This document shows, in pieces, positions 22,057-32,891 of a stretch of 64,000 nucleotides of DNA (the stretch's first letter is position 1; every line of letters begins with the position of its first letter). Position numbers and translations under genes: made by a program. The notes beneath the pieces are model-generated. The model saw only the letters and a program-made list of their open reading frames with translations. It did not search any database and was not told the origin of the DNA. Where the stretch lies: contig OZ025692.1 in NCBI GenBank assembly GCA_964019335.1, positions 372,001-436,000 of the forward strand, read 5' to 3'. Source of the DNA: Diplonema japonicum. Lineage: Eukaryota; Protista; Euglenozoa: Diplonemea.

Positions 22057-22115
22057 ATATATACTTTTTTGAAGGGAAAGCTAAGCCTTCCCCCCCCTTT
22101 TTTTTTATTCAAATA

Positions 22116-23327
22116 CTATTTTTTAGATTTCTTCGCGGACTTTTTACGCTCCTCTGCGGCCCGTTTTCTGTCTGGAAGTGAATAACGGCGTTTCACCATG
22201 TCCTGCCAATCGGAGTGTCCCTTGATGGATAGATTGAGCTTTTCTAGGATGGGTTGCTCAAGGGGGAGGGGGACGCCTTGCGTGGATTCCGCCTCGCATT
22301 GCTTTCGCTTGCGAAGAAGCCCGTAGAGTTCCATACAGGTAGCGGCAAGCACGTTTGTTTTGGAAGTGTTGCCCTTGTCGCCGATTTTGAGACGAAAGTA
22401 TCTGAAGTAGTATTTTGACTGGGGGACCTTCCAGGAAAACGAGTTTTTCTCTTTCAGTCGGTTTTGGTTGAGGGACAGATCCTCGAAGTGGGTGTGGATG
22501 ACCACCCATAACTTCCCGTTCATAGATCCTTCCAATGTCCAGCTTTTTAGAACATCGCGGCTTTTATCACATCTCCCGGACAGTGTGTACGCATTGGGGG
22601 CACACACATGGTTTTTCAGGTCCAACATAATCCATGATTCTTCATTGTCTTCTGTGCACAATACCTGGTTTGTCGGGCGCCGTTCAACAAGGTCAGACAA
22701 GGAGCCCTTTCGGAGGGAGGAGGTGGTGACGGCCACCAGACCGCGGTCCACGGGATTCCTCCATTTTTTCGATTTCATTTTGTTCAAACCGAGATAATAT
22801 AAAACACCGTGTTTATCGTGATCCGAGCGGTGAACAAAGGAATAAGTTGTGACACGTGCAGTGGGCGGGAGGACTTGAAGGGATTCAGATGATGCAGACG
22901 ACACCGAAGCAGCTCGGGACATAGATTCTGAGAAATCATCGTGTTCTTCTTCTGGTTGAACTGTTATGGAAAGGTCGGCTTTTAGAGTTCTTCGTTTGTC
23001 TGGGGAAGTGACTGTGCAGGTTATTGTGAAATCCCCCTTGTCGTTGATCTCGAGCCGGTCCCATATCCATGCGGAGTTGCCTTGTTTGCTGTTTTTTTTG
23101 CTTTTTAATAGCCTTCCGGGGGTCATGCTGAGAACGGCTTCGTACCCATTGTCTATGGGTGTTGCACTGCCGCTTGCTCCCAGCAGATCTACGCCTACTC
23201 CGAACGGTTTGTTGATAAAAATATCTTCCCCCGGATTCGTCAGGAAGCAGCGTGCTTTTTCCGCTTCTTCAATTTCACCTGGTTTCGCAACTTCACCCAA
23301 TAAATCATTTAAGCCAAAGGTGTCCAT
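22116..23327 (-). CDS. Protein with HECTD1-like SUN/F5-8 type C (galactose-binding-like) domain
   Basis: DHDKHGVLYYLG..WRNP..VTTSS..SWIMLDLK..PNAYTL..LKSWTLEGS.NG..W..FRYFRL..MELYG. Confidence 0.78.
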   Translation of the reverse strand: MDTFGLNDLLGEVAKPGEIEEAEKARCFLTNPGEDIFINKPFGVGVDLLGASGSATPIDNGYEAVLSMTPGRLLKSKKNSKQGNSAWIWDRLEINDKGDFTITCTVTSPDKRRTLKADLSITVQPEEEHDDFSESMSRAASVSSASSESLQVLPPTARVTTYSFVHRSDHDKHGVLYYLGLNKMKSKKWRNPVDRGLVAVTTSSLRKGSLSDLVERRPTNQVLCTEDNEESWIMLDLKNHVCAPNAYTLSGRCDKSRDVLKSWTLEGSMNGKLWVVIHTHFEDLSLNQNRLKEKNSFSWKVPQSKYYFRYFRLKIGDKGNTSKTNVLAATCMELYGLLRKRKQCEAESTQGVPLPLEQPILEKLNLSIKGHSDWQDMVKRRYSLPDRKRAAEERKKSAKKSKK

Positions 23328-24094
23328 TTATTTTTTTTTTTCCCTCTTTGTTTTGAATTGGGATTTTTTTTTGGGGGGGGAAAAGGAGTGAATAAAAAAC
23401 TAGAATTCTTTTTTTTTTTTTTGGTGAAAGAAGGTAGAATGGGGAGAAGAAGGAAGGGTATGGGGAAAAAAAAAGAAAAAAAAAGATTTTTTTTTGTAAC
23501 CCCGTCCCTTCCTCCTCCCCTCTCTCCCTTTCCTCTCCGTTTTTTTTTTGTTCCTCTCCCTCTCCAGTGAATGAGTAGGGAATAACAATAATAAAAAAGT
23601 ACATTTTTTTTACCCCCCCTCTTTCTTTCTTTCTTTTTCTTTCTTTCTTTTTGTCATTTTTTTTCTCGTTCCAAAAAGGGGGTTTGAAATAATTAAATGA
23701 AAGGAAAAGAAGGGGGGGGGGGGGGGGAAGCGTGAAAAAAAGCGAAATTGTGAAAAGTACAAGGATTATATTTTTTTGGGGCACATTTCTACCGGTAAAC
23801 ACTCCCTCTTTACTTCAGATAAGGAGGGGAGGGGAGAGCTGAAGCAGGAAGCCGAAGGTGGGGATGAGAAAAAAATTGCAACGTTGGAAGGGGGGGGGGG
23901 GGGGGGAAGAAATATTTAAAAAAAAAGAGATCTTTATTATTTTTTTTTCCATTTTTGAGAAAACCAAAAAAAAGAGGCATCGCCTATCTTTCAGAGGTTT
24001 TCTCATTTTTTTTTTAATTCTGGTTCCTCTTTTTTTTCCCCTCTTCTTCTTTGGTTACTAACTACCCTCGTATTTCTTTTCTTTATATTTCGTT

Positions 24095-24128
<34 letters not shown>

Positions 24129-24166
24129 GCGTCCGGGGAGGGGAGAGTGGAAATAAAACAACAACG

Positions 24167-24263
24167 GGAGGTGCTCACTGTTCAAGAAGAAATTTACGGT
24201 CGCTTTTTCTGCGGTTGCTGTGGAGGCTTATCGCGAAAAGATGAACGGCATCTGGGCGAGAAA
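24167..24263. repeat. Dispersed repeat copy A (related to 53795-53870)
   Basis: Shares ggaggtgctcac and agatg(a/g)acggcatctgggcgagaaa with 53795-53870. Confidence 0.7.
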
Positions 24264-24567
24264 GGTAGTCTCCTGTCATAGCCGTGCTGTCTACCCCTCA
24301 TATGTCGCAGGGTGCAGGAAAGCTGTCTAGACGCATGTCTGCTCCTACCAGTGTAGCAAGGACTTCGGGGAACGGAAAAAAAAAAGAAAAAAAAAGGGAA
24401 AAAAAAGAAAAAAAAAACACTCATGCGCGGAGGTAACGGGCGTAGTGGGTACGATCGGTAGCAAAAGAGCAAAAGGAGAGAGGTGGGTGTACCAACCCCG
24501 CTAGGCTTTGTGAAACACTATCAGATGTTTTTTTTTTTTCTTTTTTTTTTTCTTCTTTTTTTTTTTT

Positions 24568-27137
24568 TTAGCTCTTCATTTCTTTGAGAATCTGCAGGGA
24601 TGTGAATATAGGTATTCCCCCCCCCCCCCCCCCAAACACACCTTCACGGTCACCTCGATGGTCCCAGACAATTCTCCGTCACATGCATCACCTTTGACTG
24701 TGGGAGGGGTATTTTTTTTTTTTTTTTTTTTTTTTTCGCCCATTCATTCATACGCTCGTATTTCTGAGTCGAACTACTGCCGACCTTGAGGCCTTTTTTC
24801 TTTAGCTCGGGGAGAATGATGTCGAATCTCCCGAGGGTCTCTTTGCCTACTTCATCCTGGTTTTTTTTTTTTTTTTCTTTTTTTTTTTTTTTTCTTTTTT
24901 CTTCTTTTTTCCCCAGCACTTCGTACCTTATCGAAGCATTGCACTCGGATAACATCTGTGGCCGATGCCAAGTAAGAAAACGTTTCGTCCCAAACAGGGT
25001 TGAGAGTCTGCTCTTTGACACTGGTGACCTGCTTCTGGGGGTGTCTGTGCGAGCCGAGAACCTTACCCTTCTCGTACCCCCTCAGCTTGATCTCACAATA
25101 CGGGTCAGAAAACCCTGTGTCGTCCTTGGCGGCAAGAGAGACACCCTTGTTCATGGTCACCTCCAGTTCGTACATCACCTTCGCTTCATCAGGAACGTCA
25201 GCCTTCTTCCTGTCTGCTGCCATGGTGAGCATGAAGTTCGATTGTTCGTTCTTCAGGCCCAACTCACTGGCACCCTCGAAGGTCACGACCTTGCCCTGTC
25301 TCGTTACGACTGTCCCATTTGTCGAGAACTGCCCCTTGATCTGGTACTGGGCCTCTGTGGCACCCCAGTCCCCTGGGACGAACTCCTTCGCGCTGGCATA
25401 TTTCTTGCCTTTCCCTGTTTTGAAGCCCACTGTGACGTTGTCCTTCTCCTCCACAAGCATGGAGTACACGAATGACTTCGAGGCCTTCCCGTCCTTAGGT
25501 TGGCCTAACATGTAGTACGTCTGGCCCTCCTTCAGTGTCGCTTCCTGGTACACGTCACGTTTTTGCGTTCCCGTGCTGATCACGGTGGTGATCTTGGCGC
25601 CCTTCTTCCCAGAAGTCACGACAAACATGTTGACCCCAATGTACGCGGCGTCTGGTGTTCCTGTCTTGACACCTCTTGTGTCTTTCTGGTGCAGACCGAA
25701 GTACACACGGCATTCCTTTTTGCACTCCAGCTGTACCACAAGATCTGAGCACCCTGCCTCGAAATTCCCGGCGCAGCGGATCTGATCCCATGTCCCGTAG
25801 CAGTAGCAGATAGCAATGCTGTTGAAGTATTTCTGCACGTCTTTCCACTCCATCCAGAATGTCCCGTCGTCGCTTGCTTGGAAGTCGCATTCCCGTTTCA
25901 GCTCCGGGGTCCATGATTTGTCGTCGTCGCTCCACTTCCCCGTCCACTCCTTGTCATTCCCCCACGGGTTTCTGATCATGCACAGTTGGTCGCCTTTGCT
26001 GGTCTTCCTCACTGTGATGAGTGAGTACGAGTGCTCGCAGATCAGCCCCACCTCCTGGTACTCGTCCCACAACTTCTGTATCTCAGGTGTGACGGAAGAC
26101 TTGGCTGCGTACATTATGTTCTTTCCCGGAGTGCCCAGCACCTGCAGGAACTCGTTCTCGTCGTTGAGGAGGATCTGGTCGTAGGAGGTGCCGCCCTCGC
26201 CTTCAAACTCGAAAGTCTTGTAGGGGCAGCCCGTAAGGTCGCCAAGGGCTGGAGCAGCCCCGCCGGTCATGATTGCGGCGAAGGAACCGTGCACCTTCGC
26301 GTATGCCTTTTCGATGAGGGATACCCACAGCTCGTTGGGCTCGTCGCGGTTTCGTGCGAAGGCGGGCTTCGGGCCGCTGCACGGGAGGAAATCATCGACA
26401 ATGACAGTCTGCCACCAACCGTTCTTGCAAAGGGATATACGGTAGAGGCCCAGGTCGGGGTCCTGACCGTTCTCGAAACAGGACCTTACGAGACGCTCGA
26501 ACTCAGCAACTGCCGAGAGGGCACCCATCAGGTAGCAGTCAGCAAGGGCGCCTTGGTCGATGTCATTGGGCTCAATGTCGCCAACAAAGAGTGCGGGCTT
26601 CAAACCGGTCCCGCTGAGGAAGGTCTCTGGTCGCTTCCAAGGGTAGGTTGCCACGTCGCGGGTCATCCAGTCGGGCTTCATAGACGAGTCTCTTGGGGGG
26701 TAAGTCACGTCAAGGAACTTAATCCCTGCCTCAGCGCACGCTTTTGCCGTGGCCTCTGCTGTCACCTTTGACACACCCTTCTTCTTCAGCACCGCCTTAA
26801 CAGCGTTGATGTCCTTTTCTACCAGTGCAGCAGATTCCGCCTTCTGTTTCTCCAGCCACGCCTTGTCTGGGGGTCCGCCTGCGAATTTTTTTGTGTATTT
26901 ACTCCACTTTCCTGTCACCATTGTGAGCACTTCGCCGGGGTGGATGCTCAGCTTGAACTTGTCCCCGTCTGCTTTTGTGTTTCCAACCGGCTTCACATCC
27001 CCCGTGAACCCGCAGGTAGCGATGTACTGCTTGTCTCGCGTGTTGTTCGTGAAGATCATCTCCATCCCGCCCTTCCCTTCCTTCTCCTCCAACAGGAGGC
27101 CTTCCTTCACCTCGATTTTCTTCGATTTAGGTGGCAT
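24568..27137 (-). CDS. Calpain-family cysteine peptidase with intact triad, N-terminal DUF1935-like and C-terminal C2 domain
   Basis: QGALADCY (Cys), EHSYSL (His) and RNPWG (Asn). C2 motif LAAKDDTGFSDPYC..TLNPVWDETF..FDKD. Introns 24857-24926, 24698-24753 and 24592-24641 complete the C2 domain (..SGTIEVTVKILKEMKS*). Confidence 0.92.
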
Positions 27138-27277
27138 TTTTTTCTTTTTCCCTCTTTTTTTTTTATATATTTCCTTTGTTTATTTCCCCCCTTCTTTCCC
27201 ACGTCTTTTTATCAAAAGACCTAAATAGAAACTATTTTTCTTCTTCATCTTTTTATTTTTTATTTTTTTACCCCGGT

Positions 27278-27703
27278 TCAAATCAACAAATGGGTGTGTG
27301 CCCCGCTATGGTACTCGATTGCTAGACCGTCTTCTCTGGTGTATGGGAGATACCTGGTTTGGTACTGTTGGTGTAAGGTTAGGGATTTGCGTAGAGCGAG
27401 TGTCTGTGTGATGGTGAGCGCAGACAATGGGGCAAGAGGGCTGGTGAGAACCAAGGCTGCTGACGCGAAGACACATGCACTGATCATTGAGATCAAAATG
27501 GTCATAACTGAGAGCTCCGGTGACCACCCGTCTTGCTTAGGCACACTCGACACAGAGAGAATGATGGAGGCGCCACCCAACCCCCCCCACATCACCGCAT
27601 TTAACATGGCGATCAGATTCATGCCCAAGAACATCCCCCCGCCGATTATCACCCCTATGGCACCGCTGCCCACTACTATTGTATCCCGCACAGAACCGTC
27701 CAT
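27278..27703 (-). CDS. Small multi-pass membrane hypothetical protein
   Basis: 141-aa ORF with 3-4 hydrophobic segments. An upstream exon (donor near 27803) cannot be excluded. Confidence 0.55.
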   Translation of the reverse strand: MDGSVRDTIVVGSGAIGVIIGGGMFLGMNLIAMLNAVMWGGLGGASIILSVSSVPKQDGWSPELSVMTILISMISACVFASAALVLTSPLAPLSALTITQTLALRKSLTLHQQYQTRYLPYTREDGLAIEYHSGAHTHLLI

Positions 27704-28029
27704 CTTTGCTTTCTCCCTGGGAAGCAGGTCAAGTTGACCACAATGAAAACAGGAATAATAATAATAATAATAATAAAAAAGAGGGATACGGTGGAAAGCA
27801 TACCGACAAACTAATAATACAAAAGAAGAGACCTTCTGACTCTGCGTAAGAGCCCCCAGACAGAGGGTTGGTGGTACTAGGTGTCTCTCAGTGTCGGACT
27901 CATCTTGCAGGAAGAAAAAAAAAAGAAGAAAAAAAAAGGTGGGTGTTGGTGGGGTAGAGAATAAACAATTTCTTTTTTTTTTTTTCCTCCTCTTTTTTTT
28001 TTTTTTTCAGGGTTTTGTTTTTCAAAAAC

Positions 28030-28070
<41 letters not shown>

Positions 28071-28073
<3 letters not shown>

Positions 28074-28130
28074 TTCAATGCTGTCCTGCGCGGTGGCTTT
28101 TTCAAGCGACAGTTTAACCTTTGGTTATTG

Positions 28131-28182
<52 letters not shown>

Positions 28183-29254
28183 CTAACACACCAACTGATC
28201 AACGAGAGAGCGCGTCTTTTGCATGGCTTCAAGCTGAGTGTCAACAGCATCGAACAGCCAGGGCATGAAGGCTGTTTCAACCTCTCTCTCAACGGAGTCG
28301 TAAAACCAGCCTTCGTCCTCAAGCTTTCCAAAGACCTTGCCCTCGAGGTTTTGCAGAAACTGCTTCGAGAAGACCCTGGCTGCTAGCTTCTCTTTTATGA
28401 CCTTCTCTTTGCGCAAGCGGTTCTGCTCCTGCTTCTTTCTCCTTTCTTTTTCCTCGTATTTCCGCTGCTCGGCTGCCTCCAGCCGCTGCGTTTCAACCAT
28501 CTCCTCCTTCCGCCTTTGTTCAAATTCAAGCTGCTGCTGCCGCAGCGTTTCCAACTCTTCCTCTTGCATAACCTTTTTTTTTTTTTTTTTTTTTTTTTTT
28601 CTCCTTTCTCATACCTCAAGCACCGCCTGTTCCAATGTTTTCCCCACCATCACTTCCAATATAGGTTGGACTTCAAAGTCGAAATCAAACAAGTCCCCAT
28701 CCTCTATTTGGCATTCCGCGTCTTTTCCACTCTTCGACGGGACAAATTTCGGTGTAGGCGGGCGGTCGAGCATCGGGTCCGTCTGGGTCTCGACAGCAGC
28801 CTCCTGCACCTTATCAGTTAAATCTTCTAAGTACAGTTCTGTTTGGATGTCTATGTGTCTCCTGCCTTCCACGGGTTCTGGGGTCAGCGAGCGTTTCTGA
28901 TCTTCCTGCTTCTTGCGGCGGTGCTCCGCGGCTATCCTCTTCTTCTGCCTCTCCGACTCCTTCTCCGCCATTTGCAGCTCCATCTGCGCACTTAGCGGGA
29001 GAACCTGCGCTGCATACGTATTTCCTGTTTTTATTTTTTTTTTTAATTTTTTTTTTTTATTGTTGTGCACCTTTAATAACCCTCTTGTCATGGTGGATAT
29101 TCATCGATTTTTGCGTCTGTGCTTGTGACGGGTCCCGGTATACCCCCCTCCCTACCCCTTGAGGCTTCTGTTGAAACGTGTAGGAACCTTTGTTCGCCAC
29201 ACCCCCCTGGGTGTTGGCGGCCTGCCCCCCTTGGTACCCCCCGAGTGTCGCCAT
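28071..29254 (-). CDS. RSPH3: Radial spoke protein 3 (flagellar), 4 exons
   Basis: NIHHDKRVIKGNTYA, TPEPVEGRRHIDIQTELYLE, DRPPTPKFVP, QIEDGDLFDFDFEVQPILEV..GKTLEQ..EVMQEEEL. Introns at 29025-29070, 28573-28614 and 28119-28191. Confidence 0.94.
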
Positions 29255-29608
29255 CTTTTTTTTAAAATATTTTTTTTTTTTGTTTCCCCCCTCTAACCCC
29301 CTCCTTAAAGAGTTGAAGATCACAGAAGAAGAAACGGGAAGAGAAAAAAAAAGAAAAAGAAAGAAAGAAAGAAACCCGTGGGCAAAGGATGCTCACAAGA
29401 TTTTCAGACTAGATTTTTTTGGTGGGGGGGGGACGTGGGTTTTGTCTCTTCCCTGTGAAGAGGGAAACGTAGGACGTCACAGCCCACCTACTACAACAAA
29501 AGAATATTAAAAAAAAACGGAAGTTTTTATTTTTCTTTGTCCCCCCCCCCCCCCCCCCCCCGCGTTGTGTCGAAAAGCGAAAAAAAGAAAGGGGAAAAAA
29601 AAAACAAA

Positions 29609-29656
29609 TATAAGAGATAAAGAAAGCCAGTGTTGGTGGCGCCCTGCACAAGCACT
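29609..29656. repeat. 48-bp dispersed repeat copy A (42/48 identical to 59433-59480)
   Basis: tataagagataaagaaagccagtgttggtggcgccctgcacaagcact versus tataagaaataaaggaggccagtgttggctacgccctgcacaagcact. Confidence 0.8.
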
Positions 29657-29717
29657 GTCGGCCGAGCTGTGGCTTCTTCTGCGTTCCGCGTCGCGTTCTT
29701 TAAAAAAAAATCATAAA

Positions 29718-30336
29718 CTAAACATCACGAGATAGTGGCGCGATTCCAAAAAGACCATGTTTCCACCCTTTGGGGTGTCCCACGGAGCTCTTGAAGCGCC
29801 CCCCCCACGTAGGATCGAACACTTGCCCGTGACCGCGGTGTAGGGACTCGTGGTTGTGTTTGGTAAGTGAAGTGCTCCGGTGCCGTGAGTTAATAACAGG
29901 GGGAGGGGTTGGCCTGGCAGGTTTGCCAGCACTGTGGGAAGGTTGGCAATATTGTGTCAGAGGAAGAGGTGGGTACGTGTTCGCGTTGGACAGAACACCA
30001 GCAGCGGACACCCTTTTACGTGTCTTTCGCATAGAATTCTGAACAAGCACTACTTGTTCTTCCTTCTTCACGACGGGGAGCCCGTCTCTCGACTGCATAA
30101 GGGTTTGATCGTAGTCAACCTTCGCCACGATCTTCCCCCTCCTGTACTTCCGCGGCCCTGTGCTGCCACCAAACAGTATGTCCCACGGTTCACTTGTGCC
30201 TCCGAGTTTGCTCTTCTCCGCTCTCCATTCGAGCTGTACTTGAATTATTTTCCCCCCTTTTTTAAATTTCCTATCACCATACCACTTTGTGTTTCCGTGT
30301 TAGAAACCGAGCTGTCTGGATTTCGTCTGTGGGCAT
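29718..30336 (-). CDS. Hypothetical basic protein, 2 exons
   Basis: Exon 1 MPTDEIQTARFLTRKHKV (30336-30283) and intron 30234-30282 (GTATGG..CAG) join in frame to the open frame ending at 29718. Confidence 0.6.
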
Positions 30337-30485
30337 ATTTTATTTTTTGTTTCCCCCCCCTTTTTTTCTTTTCTCCCCTCCCCCCTCCTCCTGGATTGGT
30401 CTTGAAAAAGTAAAATAGTGTTGTCGTGAAATAACAAACTGATCCCCCCCCCACATCCCTTTCTTTTCATGTATTTTTTTTTTCC

Positions 30486-32891
30486 CTAATCCAAATCAAT
30501 AGGATCGTCGTGTTCCTCTTCGGTTGTTTTTTTCGCTTTCTTAGCACGCATTGCAAGTGCTTTGTCCACGACCTCGGTGATGGATGGTGCAGGGACCCAT
30601 TTCCCTGGTCCGGTGCAGATGTAGAGGCATTGCATATCGATGCATACTTGCAGGCCTCCCAGAAGATACACCTGCTTCCCGTCATAAGAGTACGCCTTAT
30701 GCGGGTGGAAGGGAAGGTCTGCCTCTGACGCGAGGTACTCGACATTTTCCTTGAGAGAATGGTGGTCGGTGGCAGTGTAGCTGGACAAGATGGTTTGTTC
30801 GGAGTCCTTTTCTTTTTGTGCAAGGATCTGAACAGCTTCTGCGTTGGTGGTTATTGCATTGAACCCCCCCACTGGGGCCTCCTCGGGACGCGTATTCCAA
30901 TATGCCTTCGCGGCGGTGATAAGCGACAACAAAACCCCCATGTACCGACCCTGCATGTCTCCAACAGCAGCTGTTTCCTCTTTCCAAAACCTGTACCAGC
31001 TGCAAGCGGTCTGAAAGTCCGCTGTTTTCTTCAAGAAAACACCTGTTGCGAACACCATTCGGGGGAAGAAATCGGTTTCAAGAGCGGTCAAAACCGCCTT
31101 TCCAAACTTCGAGTCCGGGCCTTCAAACTGCACCCAAGACATAACACTGGGAACAACCCCCTTGGGGACCCCTTGCTGTTCCATGAACACGATGTTTTCA
31201 AGGGCGGTGGATATCTTCCGCAGCCCGTACTTTGTAGAGGTTTCCGTGTACTGTTTTTCGGTGAAGATGTCCTTCCAAGGTGTGACGGCGATTCTAGCCT
31301 GCTCGACGGAAATGGATGGTTTTGACAAGCTGGTCAGTTTTGTTTGCACCCCGCCGATGATGCCCGCGCTGGTCATTCTTTCAGAAGAGAACACTGCCCC
31401 CCACGGCGTAACGGCTTCATGGAGGTTTGTTATATCAGTGCTCTGATCGATGAATGAGAAAAGTCTCGGAGCGACACATGTGTCCAATAGGTGATCTGTG
31501 CAGGATTTTGGTAGAAAGGGTGACAGAGTGTCTAACACTGCAATGCCACGCTGTGGCTCAGACGGTTTCCACCTTATGTTGAAGAACAGCTTCAAAGGGT
31601 CCCCGAGGATCTCCCACACAAACTGCTTGTAAATAAACGGGTCTTTGGCAGAGCCACCGCGGAGAAATTCCCTCCACAATGCGATAGTTTGAGTTGGTTT
31701 GCCTGGGTCCGTCCCGATGTCCCAGCGAAGAAGCTCTTTTTGAACGAGTGGGACAGCGAGTGTTAATACGAGGTTTTGAAGTTCAGTCTTCAGCATGGTC
31801 GACACAACCGGGTATTCGCCTTGAAGACGCAGGACTGCTTTACACAGTGCCGAGGATGCGATGCTGCGCTGGCCGGGTTCAAGGATTTTTTCGTGGAGCT
31901 TCTGGACGACCTTGAGGACCTCCTCGACCTCTGTGATTGATTGCATTTGCTTCTCCTTGGTCTCGGTTCCCGTTGTGTGCTGTTCCTCGAGAGATGACAA
32001 TTTTTCAGTTTCGTCGGAGATTCGTTTATCAAGAATCCTAGCAGTTTCCTCGGTATCTTTTAGGTTTCGTCCAAGCTTTGTCCGTAAATCTTTCAGGTAG
32101 ACACCTTTTGTGTCATCATATACAGGGTACTCTCCGGCTGTTAGGTCTAGAACGTCGTCGAGGGTTGTTTCACCGAACGTGAGATCTTTTTCCTTGAGTT
32201 TTTTTTCTTTTTTTTTTTTCCATGATTTTTTTGAAGCGGGGGCGAGCGTGACGTGTTGCATCGGGCGGCGGGGTGCTTCCCTTGATGCCGGTTCGGGTTT
32301 TGCCTCTTCGGGTTCTCCGTTCTCCCTCCGCTCTTTTCGCTTCTGTTGATCGGTTTTTTCGTCGATCGACCCCACACCCCTTCCCTTCGGCCGGACTTTT
32401 ACAGAGATTGCTTCCGAGATCCCTTGTTTGTTCTTGCCCATTCCCTCACCCGGTTTCCAACCCCCGCCCATTTTTTTCATCATGTTGAGGATAACATTGT
32501 TCTTTCCTTTTGAGAGATCGCCCATGAAGCCCAAGGATTCTTGTTGTGAGCGGGCGGAGACAGCCGGTTTGAGAGGCGGTAATTCTTTTTTAGGGCTTGC
32601 TAGAGAGATCGTGAACTTAGCTTGGGTTTTTGGAGGCAAACCTTTGTCGTTTTCTTCGAGGGTGGTGGGTTGAAGAGGTGGTGCTTTTACGAACTCCATG
32701 GGAGCGTCGGTTTTTTTCTGTTTTGTTGTTGCCGTGCCTGTGTTCCAGTGCTTTGTATATTCATCGTCGTCTTCGCCGAAGTCGCCGAGCCATGCTTTCT
32801 GCCTGCCTTTTTCCTTGTTCTTTTTCGGCTTTTTGCCTATCATCGGTTGTTCGCCTGAAGACTCACTGTCATATCCTTCCAAGCCCAACAT
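30486..32891 (-). CDS. TFIP11: Tuftelin-interacting protein 11 / Ntr1-Spp382 (G-patch spliceosome disassembly factor)
   Basis: G-patch MMKKMGGGWKPGEGMGKNKQGISEAISVKVRPKGRGVG, coiled coil, GCFC-like helical region (FFPR..SWYRFWK) and C-terminal GKQVYLLGG. Confidence 0.85.
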   Translation of the reverse strand: MLGLEGYDSESSGEQPMIGKKPKKNKEKGRQKAWLGDFGEDDDEYTKHWNTGTATTKQKKTDAPMEFVKAPPLQPTTLEENDKGLPPKTQAKFTISLASPKKELPPLKPAVSARSQQESLGFMGDLSKGKNNVILNMMKKMGGGWKPGEGMGKNKQGISEAISVKVRPKGRGVGSIDEKTDQQKRKERRENGEPEEAKPEPASREAPRRPMQHVTLAPASKKSWKKKKEKKLKEKDLTFGETTLDDVLDLTAGEYPVYDDTKGVYLKDLRTKLGRNLKDTEETARILDKRISDETEKLSSLEEQHTTGTETKEKQMQSITEVEEVLKVVQKLHEKILEPGQRSIASSALCKAVLRLQGEYPVVSTMLKTELQNLVLTLAVPLVQKELLRWDIGTDPGKPTQTIALWREFLRGGSAKDPFIYKQFVWEILGDPLKLFFNIRWKPSEPQRGIAVLDTLSPFLPKSCTDHLLDTCVAPRLFSFIDQSTDITNLHEAVTPWGAVFSSERMTSAGIIGGVQTKLTSLSKPSISVEQARIAVTPWKDIFTEKQYTETSTKYGLRKISTALENIVFMEQQGVPKGVVPSVMSWVQFEGPDSKFGKAVLTALETDFFPRMVFATGVFLKKTADFQTACSWYRFWKEETAAVGDMQGRYMGVLLSLITAAKAYWNTRPEEAPVGGFNAITTNAEAVQILAQKEKDSEQTILSSYTATDHHSLKENVEYLASEADLPFHPHKAYSYDGKQVYLLGGLQVCIDMQCLYICTGPGKWVPAPSITEVVDKALAMRAKKAKKTTEEEHDDPIDLD

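Noticed and set aside
27272-27285. GGTTCAAATC tRNA B-box-like motif (similar at ~9761 and ~51644)
   Set aside because: No cloverleaf, acceptor stem or A-box in the surrounding sequence.
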